The position numbers and the translations under genes were made by a program. Shown in pieces: positions 62,440 to 64,000 of a stretch of 64,000 nt of DNA. A model generated the notes under the pieces. The model searched no databases, was not told the origin of the DNA, and was given only the letters and a program-made list of their open reading frames with translations. The stretch is from Mobula hypostoma. Taxonomy: Eukaryota. Location: the NCBI RefSeq assembly GCF_963921235.1, contig NC_086101.1:31496001-31560000 (forward strand), read 5' to 3'. Position 1 is the stretch's first letter. Every line of letters begins with the position of its first letter.

Positions 62440-63375
62440 GGAATGATAATATTGTGAGATTAGTGAGACTTAATATATAAGTTTGCTGATGACACAACAA
62501 TTGTAGGCCGTATCTCAAGTAATGATCAGTTTGAATACAGAGAGGAAATTAAGAACCTGGTGGCATGGTGCAAAGACAATAACCTATCCCTCAACGTCAG
62601 CAAGACGAAGGAATTGGTTGCTGACTTCAGAAGGAATAGCGGACCACACGACCCAATTTACATCAGTGGTGCGCAAGTGGAACAGGTCAAAAGCTTTAAG
62701 TTCCTTGGGGTCAATATCACAAATGGCCTGACTTGGTCCAACCAAGCAGAGTCCACTGCCAAGAAGGCCCACCAGTGCCTTTACTTCCTGAGAAAGCTAA
62801 AGAAATTTGGCCGGTCCCCTAAAACCCTCACTAAGTTTTATAGCTGCATCATCGAAAGCATTCTTCTAGGGTGCGTCACAACCTGGTATCGAAGTTGTCC
62901 TGTCCAAGACCGGAAGAAGCTGCCGAAGATCATGAACACAGTGCAGCACCTCACTCAAACCAATCTTCCGTCCTTGGACTCACTTTACACCGCACGCTGT
63001 CGGAGCAGTGCTGCCAGGATAATCAAGGACATGACTCACCAGCCAACACACTTTTCGTCCCTCTTCCCTCATGTAGAAGGCTCAGGAGCTTGAAGACTCG
63101 TACGGCCAGATTTGGGAACAGCTTCTTTCCAACTGTGATAAGACTGCTGAACGGCTCCTGACCCGGATCTGGGCCATACCCTCCAAATATCTGGACCTGC
63201 CTCTTGGTTTCTTTTTTGCACTACCTTACTTTCCATTTTCTATTTATGATTTATAATTTAAATTTTTAATATTTACTATTGATTTGTAATCCAGGGAGCG
63301 CGAAGGGGCAGAATCAAATATTGCTGTGATGATTATACGCTCTAGTATCAATTGTTTGGTGACAATAAAGTAAAG
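62440..63375 (+). mobile_element. 5'-truncated Rex1/Babar-type LINE
   Basis: KFADDTTI, WCKDNNLSLNVSKTKELVADFR and KKAHQCLYFLRKLKK, with tail aataaagtaaagta. Confidence 0.9.
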
Positions 63376-63379
63376 TACT

Positions 63380-64000
63380 GAGGCTTGCTTGCAGGAGAAG
63401 GGGGACTGGCAAATCAATATTCTGGCATTCTGTTCTTTTAGACATGCTAGAGAGGGTGGTATTAAAGGGGGAGATGTGGCAATACAGGACAGGGAAAATG
63501 ACCCAGGCATGCTCAGACAGAACACCTACTGAAGATGTATAGGTAGAGTTGAAAATAAGAAAGGGATGACCACATTAATAGGATTGTATTAAACACCATC
63601 CAATTGTCAGTGGGATTTGGAGGATAAAATTTGTAAAGGGATTACTGAGAGATGCAAGAAAAATAAGGTTGTGATTGTGGATTATTTTAACTGTACACGT
63701 ATTGACTGGGACTCTCATACTGTAAAAGGACTGGATGTGGTAGAGTTTGTCAAATGTGTTCAGAAAAGATTCCTTAATCAATAAAAAGATATCCCACCTA
63801 GAGAGAGTGATCCTGGATCTCCTATCAGTGAATGAGACAGGGTAGGTGACAGAACTATGTAGAGGGAAACAATTGGAATTCCATTATTTTCAATATAATT
63901 ATGGAGAATGATCGGACTGGTCCTCAGATTGATAATTGGAAAAAGGCCTATTTTGATGGCATCAGAAAGGATGTGGCAGGGATCATTTGGGATAGATTAT
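63380..64000 (+). mobile_element. Decayed CR1 endonuclease fragment (runs off the window)
   Basis: GGDVA, VELKIRKG, KNKVVIV.F and ILDLL motifs. Confidence 0.75.

Overview
Vertebrate genomic DNA, most likely a cartilaginous fish (ray/shark-like). This is inferred from the repeat repertoire (CR1, Rex1/Babar, Penelope, Tx1, V-SINE, BEL/Pao) and from a leader exon resembling shark MHC class II alpha. Most of the window is nested, decayed transposable elements, and nearly all listed ORFs are TE fragments or artefacts of a tandem array. The one convincing host coding feature is a minus-strand signal-peptide exon at 5847-5913 (MGAEVYFFVLATALICGAQATK plus a phase-1 GTGAGT donor). About 150 bp upstream of its ATG lies a textbook MHC class II X1-X2-Y promoter. 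I found no further intact exon, so the rest of the gene probably lies left of the window. The remaining ~58 kb is its upstream region. It holds four more X-Y modules on the same strand with the same CCAAT-to-X spacing (about 17.3, 27.4, 48.3 and 60.7 kb). Two of them are paralogous and carry a shared NF-kB-like site. One sits beside a strong CTCF motif, and one has a double CCAAT/GC box with an Ets-IRF element nearby. A ~7 kb, ~190-copy 36-bp minisatellite abuts the 27.4 kb module, and its unit appears to be the S-box/spacer/degenerate-X part of that module. All TE boundaries were read by eye and are approximate. Human and shark reference motifs are recalled from memory and need checking by alignment.
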